Below are positions 33,680 to 44,525 of a DNA stretch of 64,000 bases, in pieces. Within the stretch, counting starts at the first letter, position 1. Each line of letters opens with the position of its first letter. Both the position numbers and the translations under genes were made by a program. Under the pieces are notes generated by a model. The model saw only the letters and a program-made list of their open reading frames with translations, was not told the DNA's origin and did no database searches. The DNA comes from Acidimicrobiales bacterium (GTDB lineage: Bacteria > Actinomycetota > Acidimicrobiia > Acidimicrobiales > JAHWKP01): positions 3,695-67,694 of the forward strand of contig DATLBX010000053.1 in assembly GCA_035526705.1 (NCBI GenBank), in the 5' to 3' direction.

Positions 33680-35332
33680 GCCGGGCTCGGTCATCGGCTC
33701 CTGCTCCGCTTCGATCACAGGGTTTAGAGGCGCGGTGGTCTCCGCCACGCTGGGTTCGGCCGGCTCGTCACGCGCCGGCTCGATGAGGGCTGGCTCGATC
33801 GGAGCTGGGTCCGCGGCGGCTGGCTCGATCGGAGCTGGGTCCGCGGCGGCTGGCTCGATGACGGCTGGCTCGATGGGCGCCGGCTCCGCGGCGGGGCGGT
33901 GGGGTCGGGGCTGGTGAGGGCGCCGGTGCTGCGGCTGCGACGGCGCGGGTCCGGGCCGGCGCACGGGCGGCGGCGGGACCTTCATCCCCAGCAGGGGGGC
34001 GAGGGCGGGAACCGAACCTGCGGCGGCGCGGGCCTTGGCCTTGAGCTCGTCGTCGGCCGATTCGGGGATGCCCTCGGGGCGCACCGTACGGCTGACGGGC
34101 GACGCGACCACGGCCTCGAGAAGGTCCAGCCACCGGGCCGGGGGAGTAGTCGACGTCATGGCGGAGCTCGCCGCCTGCGCCAATCGAGAGGCCAGCTCCG
34201 CGGTGAGGCGGGCCGACGGGCCCGGCGGGCGGCTGGCCTGACGCAGCGCTCGTAGCGGACGGTTGGCCTCCAATGCGGCGGCCACGCCTTCCGCCCACTC
34301 GGTCTTTTGGGCCTCCGTGCGGCTGGTGAGGGCGTCCTTGAGGTTCGTCGCGATCTCTCGGGCGCCTTCGCCCCGGGCTGCGTCGGCCGCAGCTGTGACG
34401 ATGGCGCGCAATTCGCGGAGGGGGACGGCGACGAGGTCCTTGACGGCCTCCTCGGCGCGGTCTCGCCATTCAGCGGCGCGCAGGGCCGGCGCCAAGTTCT
34501 CCGCCAGGGTCACCATGGGGCCCGGGTCGATCTTCTGTGCCGCCAGCGCCTCGCGCACGGCTCGCACGCCTCCCTTCAGAATCTGCTCGGCGATAGGCCG
34601 CTGCTCCTCGGGGAGCGCGGCCAAGGCCGCGTCGCGGTGGGTTCGACCCGGCTGAAACTTCGGGGGGCGAGGCCGGACCGGCTTGCGCTCTGCCCCGCTT
34701 GGCTTGGGCCCTGCACCCCTTGCCGCCGAGTCGCGGCCTGCGCCTTCGGAGCGCGGCGGGCGACGGTGGTCACGCTCGGGACGAGCTTGACCGGGAGTTC
34801 CGGGGGAGCGGCCCTCGCTATCGGGACGGCGGGGACGGCTGCGGGCATCGGAGTCGGCCCGCGGCGGCCGGTTGCGCGTGTCCGGCCCGCCGCCGGTGGT
34901 GTGATCGCGAGGCGCTCCGTCGCGGCGCTGCCCCTGGCGGGGGCCTCGGTCGCCCTCCTGGCGGGGGCCTCGGGGTCCGTCGGATCGGGGACCTCTGGGG
35001 CGGTCGCCCGGGCCGCGCGGCGGTCGGTCGTCCCGGTCGCGTCCCCGGCGGCCGACGAGGCTCGTCGTGACGCCTTCGATCGGAGCCTGGGAGCCGACCA
35101 GTTTCAGTACTTCCGGCCCGCTGCGGGCTGCTTCCTTCGGGGCTGCGAGGGAGGTGACGTTTATGCCGTCGAGCTCGATTTCGGCTTCCGCTCGGAGAAC
35201 GTCGCCCACTTTCGCCCCACCGGGCACGACCTGTCCTTGAACGACACCTTTCGGTTGCTTCGCGCCGGCCGCCCGCCAAGTCCACGTGCCATCCGGCCGC
35301 TCACTCGTGAGTTCTATTTCGAGCCTCGGCAC
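33563..35332 (-). CDS. Conserved actinobacterial protein with Arg/Pro-rich disordered centre and repeat-bearing tail
   Basis: 589-aa ORF. N-terminus MPRLEIELTSERPDGTWTWRAAGAKQPKG, long RGP/RPR low-complexity region, helical Ala-rich domain, and a C-terminal (E/D)PAPIEPA repeat. Confidence 0.6.
   Translation of the reverse strand: MPRLEIELTSERPDGTWTWRAAGAKQPKGVVQGQVVPGGAKVGDVLRAEAEIELDGINVTSLAAPKEAARSGPEVLKLVGSQAPIEGVTTSLVGRRGRDRDDRPPRGPGDRPRGPRSDGPRGPRQEGDRGPRQGQRRDGAPRDHTTGGGPDTRNRPPRADSDARSRPRRPDSEGRSPGTPGQARPERDHRRPPRSEGAGRDSAARGAGPKPSGAERKPVRPRPPKFQPGRTHRDAALAALPEEQRPIAEQILKGGVRAVREALAAQKIDPGPMVTLAENLAPALRAAEWRDRAEEAVKDLVAVPLRELRAIVTAAADAARGEGAREIATNLKDALTSRTEAQKTEWAEGVAAALEANRPLRALRQASRPPGPSARLTAELASRLAQAASSAMTSTTPPARWLDLLEAVVASPVSRTVRPEGIPESADDELKAKARAAAGSVPALAPLLGMKVPPPPVRRPGPAPSQPQHRRPHQPRPHRPAAEPAPIEPAVIEPAAADPAPIEPAAADPAPIEPALIEPARDEPAEPSVAETTAPLNPVIEAEQEPMTEPGSDPEQLDSLGVRSDHVDDPVLVQELEQPGDDGQLGDLS
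33777..33880. repeat. Coding tandem repeat (30-nt unit x2 exact, flanked by 15-16-nt half units)
   Basis: TGGCTCGATCGGAGCTGGGTCCGCGGCGGC at 33791-33820 is repeated exactly at 33821-33850. Related units cggctcgatgagggc, tggctcgatgacggc and tggctcgatgggcgcc flank it. Confidence 0.85.
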
Positions 35333-35380
35333 CGAAGAACGCTAACCGAGGTTTCGCGCCAAAGGTGACTGTGCTGTCTC

Positions 35381-35412
35381 CCCGGGCGGGGCCCCCATCC
35401 CCCGCCCGGCCG
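35381..35412 (+). repeat. Dispersed GC-rich repeat, copy F (module 2 only) forming a perfect 10-bp hairpin
   Basis: CCGGGCGGGG (35381-35390) pairs with CCCCGCCCGG (35399-35408). GGGGCCCCCATCCCCCGCCCGGCC matches the reverse complement of copy D, GGGGACCCCATCCCCACGCCTGGCC. Confidence 0.75.
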
Positions 35413-35455
35413 TGCGGTCTCGCTTTCTGCGCTGATCGGGCGTGGCACGATCGGA

Positions 35456-35908
35456 ATGGTGACGAACACGACCGGGGGAGCTCAGCGGTTGCACGACCTG
35501 ATCCGACTCCGACAGGTTCGCGATCGCATCGACAGGGAATACGCCCTGCCCTTGGACGTCGAGGCCCTGGCTCGCGGCGCGCACATGTCGGCCGGACATC
35601 TCAGCCGCCAGTTTCGCCTCGCCTACGGAGAGTCGCCGTACTCGTACGTGATGACGCGGCGGATCGAGCGGGCGATGGCGTTGCTGCGTCGCGGCGATAT
35701 GAGCGTCACCGACGCGTGCTTCGCGGTCGGCTGTTCCTCCCTGGGGACTTTCAGCACTCGCTTCACCGAGCTGGTCGGCGTACCGCCGAGCGTGTATCGC
35801 CGCCAGGTGACCGACGAAACATCCGGGATCCCGTCGTGCGTGGCGAAACAAGTGACGAGACCGGTCAGGAATCGAGAAGCAATGCAACGTGAGTCGCAGT
35901 CAGCATGA
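35456..35908 (+). CDS. AraC-family transcriptional regulator (HTH_18 only)
   Basis: LDVEALARGAHMSAGHLSRQFRLAYGESPYSYVMTRRIERAMALLR...LGTFSTRFTELVGVPPSVYR. Confidence 0.8.
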   Translation: MVTNTTGGAQRLHDLIRLRQVRDRIDREYALPLDVEALARGAHMSAGHLSRQFRLAYGESPYSYVMTRRIERAMALLRRGDMSVTDACFAVGCSSLGTFSTRFTELVGVPPSVYRRQVTDETSGIPSCVAKQVTRPVRNREAMQRESQSA

Positions 35909-36324
35909 TCGACATGGACATTTCAATTCACTACGCCTTCCTCCCGCACACGGAGCCTGAGGCGTCTCTCGCCTTCTACCGCGACACACTCGGCTTCGAG
36001 GTCCGCAACGACGTCGGGTACAACGGCATGCGCTGGATCACCGTCGGCCCGCCCGGGCAGCCGGGAACGTCCCTGGTCCTCTATCCGCCGGGGGCCGACC
36101 CGGGCGTCACCGATGAGGAGCGACAGACCATCGTCGAGATGATGGCCAAGGGCACTTTTGCCATGGTCGCCTTCTCCACTCCGGATCTGGATGGCGTCTT
36201 CGGGAAGCTCCAAGCGGGTGACACCGAGGTCGTTCAGGAGCCGACCGACCAGCCGTACGGGGTCCGGGACTGCGCCATCCGCGACCCCGCGGGCAACCTC
36301 ATCCGCATCAACCAAGCAAGCTGA
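35905..36324 (+). CDS. VOC/glyoxalase-bleomycin-resistance family protein
   Basis: ATGA overlap with the AraC gene. SLAFYRDTLGFEV and RDCAIRDPAGNLIRI are typical VOC beta-alpha-beta-beta-beta modules. Confidence 0.8.
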   Translation: MIDMDISIHYAFLPHTEPEASLAFYRDTLGFEVRNDVGYNGMRWITVGPPGQPGTSLVLYPPGADPGVTDEERQTIVEMMAKGTFAMVAFSTPDLDGVFGKLQAGDTEVVQEPTDQPYGVRDCAIRDPAGNLIRINQAS

Positions 36325-36326
36325 AC

Positions 36327-38750
<2,424 letters not shown>

Positions 38751-38753
38751 GCG

Positions 38754-39398
38754 ATGTCGCTCGTCCGCGTCCACAACTTCTCGATCTCGCTGGACGGCTT
38801 CGCCACCGGCGAGCCTCAGAGCGAGGACGCGCCGTTCGGCCACGCCGGCCACCGGCTGCACGAGTGGATGTTCGCGACGCGGTGGTGGCGCGAGCCCGCC
38901 GAGCCAGGCGGTAACGCGGGCGTCGACGATGCCCTCGCCCGCCAGCACGGCCCGGGGATCGGCGCCGAGATCATGGGAGCCGGGAAGTTCGGTCCTCCCG
39001 GATGGCAGCAGAACCCGGACTGGAAGGGCTGGTGGGGCGCCAATCCGCCGTTCCACACGCCGGTCTTCGTTCTCACCCATCACCCGCGGCCGCCGCTCGA
39101 GATGGAAGGCGACACGACGTTCCATTTCATCGACGCCGCGCCTGCCGAGGCGTTGGCCGCCGCACGCGAGGCGGCCAACGGTCAGGACGTGCGTATCGGC
39201 GGGGGCCCGACGGTGGTCCGCGACTTCCTGGCCGCCGGCCTCGTCGATCACTTGCACGTCGTCGTGGTGCCAATCCTGCTCGGCCGTGGCGTGCGCCTCT
39301 GGGACGGCCTGGAGGGCGTCGAGAAGGACTACGACGTCGAGGCCACGTCGTCAGCCAGCGGAGTCACCCATCTGACGTTCACTCGCGCGGCGGGCTGA
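38754..39398 (+). CDS. Dihydrofolate reductase-like (RibD C-terminal domain) family protein
   Basis: VHNFSISLDGFATGE...HLHVVVVPILLGRGVRLWDG, the RibD_C pattern. Confidence 0.8.
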   Translation: MSLVRVHNFSISLDGFATGEPQSEDAPFGHAGHRLHEWMFATRWWREPAEPGGNAGVDDALARQHGPGIGAEIMGAGKFGPPGWQQNPDWKGWWGANPPFHTPVFVLTHHPRPPLEMEGDTTFHFIDAAPAEALAAAREAANGQDVRIGGGPTVVRDFLAAGLVDHLHVVVVPILLGRGVRLWDGLEGVEKDYDVEATSSASGVTHLTFTRAAG

Positions 39399-39399
39399 C

Positions 39400-39900
39400 C
39401 TAGGACTCCGATTCGACGGGCGAAAGCGCTCCCGTGTGGACGTCGAAGATGAAGCCTGCGAGCTCCAGGCCGGCCGGCAGAAGCCGGCAGGCTTCGATCA
39501 CGGCGATGTCCTGGCGCACGGTGGACTCCTGATCTTCCATCGATAGGAACCGCCAGTCCTCAGCGCTCTCACCCGTGTTCGCCCGGATGCCTTCGCGAAA
39601 CTCGGCGTCGGACTTGCGCGCCAGAGCGCAGTCGGTGTGCTGCACCACGCAGATGCGCGTGACATTCAAAAAGTTCGCAGCCAGGACCAGCGACCTCAGG
39701 GCGTCCTCGGTGATCCGGGCGCCCGCGTTGCGGATGATCTTGGCGTCGCCCGGCTTGAGGCCGAGCATGGCCAGCGGATCGACCCTCGAGTCGATACACG
39801 TCACGATCGCCAACCCGCGGGCAGCCTGGCCGCGAAGCCCGCGGTCTCGAAATGTCGCCTGGTAGTCGCGATTGGCGGCCATGAGGTCGTCGAAGGGCAT
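39400..39900 (-). CDS. Beta-class carbonic anhydrase
   Basis: VTCIDSRVDP and VVQHTDCA zinc-ligand motifs. 166 aa, like the small mycobacterial beta-CA type. Confidence 0.85.
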   Translation of the reverse strand: MPFDDLMAANRDYQATFRDRGLRGQAARGLAIVTCIDSRVDPLAMLGLKPGDAKIIRNAGARITEDALRSLVLAANFLNVTRICVVQHTDCALARKSDAEFREGIRANTGESAEDWRFLSMEDQESTVRQDIAVIEACRLLPAGLELAGFIFDVHTGALSPVESES

Positions 39901-39966
39901 GGGAGGGGCAGGCTACGGCGCTCCGCGCCCTCCCTGGAAAGTCCCTGCACACCGCCGATAATGTAT

Positions 39967-39981
39967 GTTACGTAAAGTAAC
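39967..39981. promoter_or_regulatory. Palindromic candidate operator in an AT-rich divergent promoter gap
   Basis: GTTACgtaaaGTAAC inverted repeat containing the perfect 8-bp palindrome TTACGTAA (39968-39975). It lies in the 107-bp gap between the carbonic anhydrase start (39900) and the membrane protein start (40008). Confidence 0.3.
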
Positions 39982-40007
39982 CCGGAGGGGCGAAGCGGCC
40001 TTAGGTT

Positions 40008-41045
40008 GTGGCGGTGGCGGGAAGCGTGACTGCGCCAGACCAGACCGCCGGCCCGCCGAGGCCGATCGGCCGCCGGGAGGAAAGAGCCGTCGCTTTCTTC
40101 GGCGTGTGGATGATGACCGGGTTGTTCATCGACGGCTGGGCGCATCAGGCGCAGAAGCCGGAGACGTTCTTCTCACCGTGGCACGGAATCCTCTACTCCG
40201 GGTTCGTAACCGCGGTCACCTGGTTTGCGTGGCAGGGATTCAAGTCGGGCCGCGGCATCAACCCCGCGGGCGGACTCGACCGCCTCACCGCGCTGGGCTT
40301 CCTCCTGTTCGGCGCGGCCGGCATTGCCGACGGCATCTGGCATCAGGTGTTCGGCGTCGAAGCGGACCTCGAAGCCCTGGTGAGTCCGAGCCACCTGGCC
40401 TTGTTCTTCGGTGGCTTCCTGATGGTGTCCAGTCCGATCCGGCTCGCGGGGGCCCGGCAGGCGGCCGACGGCGAAACCGGGCCGACCGCGGTCACCTGGG
40501 GCGAGTGGCTGCCCCAGGGCGTGACGCTGATGCTCTCTACCGCGCTGATCGGCTTCTTCACGCTCTACCTGTCGCCCTTCGGCGGAGTCGGCGGGGAGCG
40601 CAGTCAGTACGACGAGCTGCGGGAACATCAGGAGGTGCTGGGCATCGCGTCGGTTCTGGTCTTCAACACCCTGCTCGTCGGCGCCCTTATCTACGCGTTG
40701 CGCAGGTGGCGCCCGCCTTTCGGCTTTGGCACGTTGTTGTTCGGCGGCGTCGCCCTTGGAATGACGGGCCTCAACGGATTCGATGGCGTCGAGTTAGCGC
40801 TGCCCGCGTTGGTCGCCGGACTCGTGGTCGACACGCTGATCGCGCGATCTTCGGCGACGCGTCTCGTTGTCGCTCTCGGCTCCTTCGTCCTGTGGGGCGG
40901 CTACTTCCTCGTCGCGCAACTCAGTTACGGCATCGTTTGGTCCGTGGAGCTCTGGGCTGGCTCGATCGTCCTGGCCGTGGCGTCCGCGCCACTCATGGCC
41001 GCGCTCATGCCCGAACCCTCCCCCGGCGACTCGCGGTTGGCCTAG
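40008..41045 (+). CDS. Multi-pass integral membrane protein (hypothetical)
   Basis: 345 aa with about 8 hydrophobic segments and recurring His/Trp at helix ends (DGWAHQ, DGIWHQ). No family recognised. Confidence 0.5.
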   Translation: MAVAGSVTAPDQTAGPPRPIGRREERAVAFFGVWMMTGLFIDGWAHQAQKPETFFSPWHGILYSGFVTAVTWFAWQGFKSGRGINPAGGLDRLTALGFLLFGAAGIADGIWHQVFGVEADLEALVSPSHLALFFGGFLMVSSPIRLAGARQAADGETGPTAVTWGEWLPQGVTLMLSTALIGFFTLYLSPFGGVGGERSQYDELREHQEVLGIASVLVFNTLLVGALIYALRRWRPPFGFGTLLFGGVALGMTGLNGFDGVELALPALVAGLVVDTLIARSSATRLVVALGSFVLWGGYFLVAQLSYGIVWSVELWAGSIVLAVASAPLMAALMPEPSPGDSRLA

Positions 41046-42148
41046 ACCGGATCGAGGTCCAAGCCGAGGCGGTGCTGGCCGGCGTGGACGAGGGTGGCCT
41101 CAGGCTGATAGGGGTGGTACAGCGCGGCACGGAGGTCGCGGGTCATGCGATCGACTGCGCCCCGGCGGGCGTAGGCCCCTCCCCCAGCTACCTCGGCCCC
41201 GAGTTGCGCGACGTTCTGGCACGCCAGGGTGACCACCCGCTTCATCTGCTGCAGGGTTACGAAGTTGTCGATCGTCGGCTCCGGATCGTCGCCCAGCTCT
41301 GCCAGCACCGCGTCGATGGCCCAACCTGCGGTGCGCAGGTGTGCGTCGAGCTCGCCGACCTGGCGAGCCGCGCCGGGCTTCACCTTGCCTGACGACAGAA
41401 TCGTCGCCACGAGACCTTCGGCCACACCGAGATAGGTGCTGTAGATCACGGGCCATGCGTGCAGTGAAGCCACCAGAAGAGGCCGGTCGAGCTCCCCCCA
41501 GGTCCGCCTCGCGGATACCTGACCTTCACCGACGAAGACGTCCTCGAGCACGATGTCGTTGCTGCCCGTACCGCGCATTCCGGCGGAGTCCCACGTCTCC
41601 TCCACCCGCACGCCCTCCGCGCCAAGTGGCGCACCGAAGACAATCACCTCCGCGCCGGGCGCGGGCTCACCGATGACCGCAAACGTCACGACGACCTGGG
41701 CGGCCGGCGAGATGCTGGCGAAAGTCTTTCGCCCGCTCACCTTCCACCCTCCATCCACGGGTGTCGCCACGGCCGTCGGCTTCGTCCAGTCGTTCCCGCC
41801 TGTCGACACGAAGACCGCCTTGTCCTCGAGGGCCTTCTTCAACATCGGCTCGACGACCTTGTCTCCTCGCCGCCACCTCCACGCGGCGGCCAGCACCAGA
41901 TGCAGGTGCATCGAGCAGGCCAGCGCCGTCGAGCCGCACACCCGAGCAATGATCCGCTGGGACTCGGCCACTTCCCTCGTAAGAGCACCGTGCCCTCCGA
42001 GCTCCGAGGGCACCGGAGCACCCAGGTAGCCGAGTTCCCGGGCCGTAGACACCGCCTCTGCGACGAAGGACCCCTCGAGGTCGTGGCGGTCCGCGTGGGA
42101 CGCCGCCGCAGCTGCTACTTCTCCGGCAAGTTTGTTCAGAAGGTCCAT
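41042..42148 (-). CDS. Acyl-CoA dehydrogenase family protein
   Basis: Internal ATG at 42148 (MDLLNKLAGE...). ACAD-like three-domain layout, ending LVHAGQHRLGLD. Confidence 0.7.
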   Translation of the reverse strand: MDLLNKLAGEVAAAAASHADRHDLEGSFVAEAVSTARELGYLGAPVPSELGGHGALTREVAESQRIIARVCGSTALACSMHLHLVLAAAWRWRRGDKVVEPMLKKALEDKAVFVSTGGNDWTKPTAVATPVDGGWKVSGRKTFASISPAAQVVVTFAVIGEPAPGAEVIVFGAPLGAEGVRVEETWDSAGMRGTGSNDIVLEDVFVGEGQVSARRTWGELDRPLLVASLHAWPVIYSTYLGVAEGLVATILSSGKVKPGAARQVGELDAHLRTAGWAIDAVLAELGDDPEPTIDNFVTLQQMKRVVTLACQNVAQLGAEVAGGGAYARRGAVDRMTRDLRAALYHPYQPEATLVHAGQHRLGLDLDPV

Positions 42149-42200
42149 ACGAGAACCATACGGACGTCGCGGCCGGAACTTGAAGTGCAAAATCTGGACC

Positions 42201-42854
42201 ATGAAGAGCTACGGGGAGTACTGCCCCATCGCCATGGGGGCCGAAGCCATCGGGGACCGCTGGACGCCGCTGATCCTTCGCGAGCTGATCTGCGGGTCGG
42301 AGCGGTTTTCCGACATCCACCGAGGTATCCCACGGATGTCCCGATCGCTACTGGTCCAGCGACTCAAGCAACTCGAGCGACTCCAGGTGATCGAGCGGCG
42401 TCCGGGGCCGACCTACCACCTCACCCCGTCTGGTGTCGATCTCGAGGGCGTGATCTGGGGCATGGGGCTGTGGGCCATGCAATGGCTGTTCGGTGACCCC
42501 GCGAAGGAACATCTCGACGGAGCTCACCTCATGTGGCGGGTCCGCCAGCGCGTGGTCCCGGAGAACCTTCCTTCGAAGCGAACCGTGGTGCAGTTCGACT
42601 TCCCCGAGGCGAGCCGGGGAAAGTGCATCTGGCTCCTGCTCGATCCGGCAGGCGTCTCCGTCTGTGAGCGGGACGAAGGCTTCGACGTCGATCTGCGGGT
42701 CAGGGCCGACATCGTCGAGTTCATGCGCGTTTGGGCCGGACGCTCCACGTGGCGGGACGCCATGAAGAGCGGTGCACTGACCCTCGATGGCCCACGCCAT
42801 CTCGCGCGGGCCTTTCCAAACTGGTTTGCGCTCAGCCCCTTCGCCGCCGCCTAG
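42201..42854 (+). CDS. HxlR-family transcriptional regulator with C-terminal SCP2-like extension
   Basis: ATG at 42201. YCPIAMGAEAIGDRWTPLILREL...FSDIHRGIPRMSRSLLVQRLKQLE is the HxlR wHTH. Divergent from the ACAD gene. Confidence 0.8.
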   Translation: MKSYGEYCPIAMGAEAIGDRWTPLILRELICGSERFSDIHRGIPRMSRSLLVQRLKQLERLQVIERRPGPTYHLTPSGVDLEGVIWGMGLWAMQWLFGDPAKEHLDGAHLMWRVRQRVVPENLPSKRTVVQFDFPEASRGKCIWLLLDPAGVSVCERDEGFDVDLRVRADIVEFMRVWAGRSTWRDAMKSGALTLDGPRHLARAFPNWFALSPFAAA

Positions 42855-43369
42855 GCGAGTAGGCGCGTCATGCACGTGCCGTTCAGGTCCTCGACGTAGT
42901 CGCCGAACGGGGCGCATTGCTCGAAACCGGCGCCGGCATACAGGGCGCGGGCCGGGGCAAATTCGGGGGTGGCGCCGGTCTCGAGGCTGACGCGGCGATA
43001 TCCCCGTTCGGCCGCGACCGCCAGCAGGTGATCGACGATGGCCCTTCCCACCCCTTGCCCGCGTGCCGTCTCTGCGGTGTGCATCGACTTGATCTCACCG
43101 TGAACAGGATCGAGCTCGCGCAACGCGCCGATTCCTAGAACCACCCCCTCGCGGCGCGCGCTGAAAAGACTCACCATCGGATCCAACAGCCCTTCGACGT
43201 CGAGTGCGTGCACCTCGCACGGTGGGGTGACTTCGCGCGCGAACGCCAGATGAACAGCGAGAAGCGCCTGCACGTCCGGGCTGCGTGGATCGTCCAGTGC
43301 GACTACGACGTCGATGCTCGTTCCCCCCAAAAGTCCTCCCCCCGGCAGGTTCGGGGCGAATCTATCCAT
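42851..43369 (-). CDS. GNAT family N-acetyltransferase
   Basis: Internal ATG at 43369. TAETARGQGVGRAIVDHLL acetyl-CoA motif. The upstream part of the track ORF overlaps the aldolase gene on the opposite strand. Confidence 0.75.
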   Translation of the reverse strand: MDRFAPNLPGGGLLGGTSIDVVVALDDPRSPDVQALLAVHLAFAREVTPPCEVHALDVEGLLDPMVSLFSARREGVVLGIGALRELDPVHGEIKSMHTAETARGQGVGRAIVDHLLAVAAERGYRRVSLETGATPEFAPARALYAGAGFEQCAPFGDYVEDLNGTCMTRLLA

Positions 43370-43406
43370 CCGGCGTTGTCCGCAGCGGGCACGTACGATT
43401 GGCGGT

Positions 43407-44183
43407 ATGCCTCCTTCCGAGCAGAAGCACCTGAAGCTGGACTTTCCGCCGGTCTTCGACAACGTCGCGGACGAACGGCTCCATCGCAAGCAGCGGCTCG
43501 CTGCAGCCTTCCGGCTTTTCAGCGCCTTCGGCTTCAACGAGGGAATCGCCGGCCACATCACGGCACGGGACCCCGAGTTCCCGGACCGCTTCTGGGTGAA
43601 CCCCTTCGGGATGCACTTCGGCCATATCCGCGCGTCGGACCTGATCTGTGTCAACCACGACGGTGATGTCGTGGAGGGCGACCGCCCGGTAAACACGGCG
43701 GCCTTTGTCATCCACTCCCAGGTCCACGCGGCGCGGCCCGACGCGGTGGCCGCCGCTCACGCGCACTCTCTCCATGGGAAGTCCTGGTCCTCGCTAGGAC
43801 GCAAGCTCGATCCGATCACCCAGGACGTTTGCTCCTTCTACGAGGACCATGAGCTCTTCGACGACTACACCGGCGTCGTTCTCGACTTGCAGGAAGGCAA
43901 GCGGATCGCGCACGCGCTCGGTGACGCGAAGGCCGTGATACTCCGGAATCACGGCCTGCTGACGGTCGGGCAGTCGGTAGACGAAGCGGCCTGGTGGTTC
44001 ATCACCATGGAGCGCTCCTGCCAGGCGCAGCTCTTGGCGGAGGCGGCGGGAACGCCGGTTCTCATCGATCCGGAGCAGGCCAGGCTCGCCGCGAGCCAGA
44101 TCGGTACGCCGCTCGCGGGCTGGTTCAGTTTCCAGCCGCTGTATCAGCGGATCGTCCGCGATCAGCCAGACCTGCTGGAGTAA
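43407..44183 (+). CDS. Class II aldolase/adducin family protein
   Basis: ATG at 43407. GIAGHITARDP, FVIHSQVHAARPD, AAAHAHSLHG metal-binding His pattern. Confidence 0.8.
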   Translation: MPPSEQKHLKLDFPPVFDNVADERLHRKQRLAAAFRLFSAFGFNEGIAGHITARDPEFPDRFWVNPFGMHFGHIRASDLICVNHDGDVVEGDRPVNTAAFVIHSQVHAARPDAVAAAHAHSLHGKSWSSLGRKLDPITQDVCSFYEDHELFDDYTGVVLDLQEGKRIAHALGDAKAVILRNHGLLTVGQSVDEAAWWFITMERSCQAQLLAEAAGTPVLIDPEQARLAASQIGTPLAGWFSFQPLYQRIVRDQPDLLE

Positions 44184-44194
44184 CTTTCGCCCTC

Positions 44195-44518
44195 ATGGGT
44201 GACTTCTTCAAGGCGCTGTTCGACTTCAACTTCTCCAGCTTCATCACCATGAAGCTCGTCAAGCCGCTCTACATCGTCTTCGTCGCGCTGGTTGGACTCG
44301 GCTCACTCTTCACGCTGCTGACCATGTTGAAGCTCGGAGGCCTGGGCGTCATCATGGCGCTGGTATTCGTCCCGCTGTACTTCCTGTTCATGGTGGTCAG
44401 CGTGCGGATCTGGATGGAGGCCCTTGTGCTGCTGTTCGACATCAACGACCGCGTCGAATCGCTTTCCGCCGGCCAGCAGCGGCCCCCCGTGAACCCCGGC
44501 GCCCTGCCGCCGCTCTAA
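44195..44518 (+). CDS. DUF4282-like small membrane protein
   Basis: MGDFFKALFDFNFSSFITMKLVKPLYIV start and two TM helices. Family name from memory. Confidence 0.55.
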   Translation: MGDFFKALFDFNFSSFITMKLVKPLYIVFVALVGLGSLFTLLTMLKLGGLGVIMALVFVPLYFLFMVVSVRIWMEALVLLFDINDRVESLSAGQQRPPVNPGALPPL

Positions 44519-44525
44519 GCCTCGA

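Noticed and set aside
42145-42162. Direct repeat CCATACG-N4-CCATACG in the ACAD/HxlR divergent gap, considered as an operator.
   Set aside because: It is only 7 bp. The first copy includes the ACAD start codon, and there is no dyad symmetry of the kind expected for an HxlR dimer. The evidence is too weak to call.
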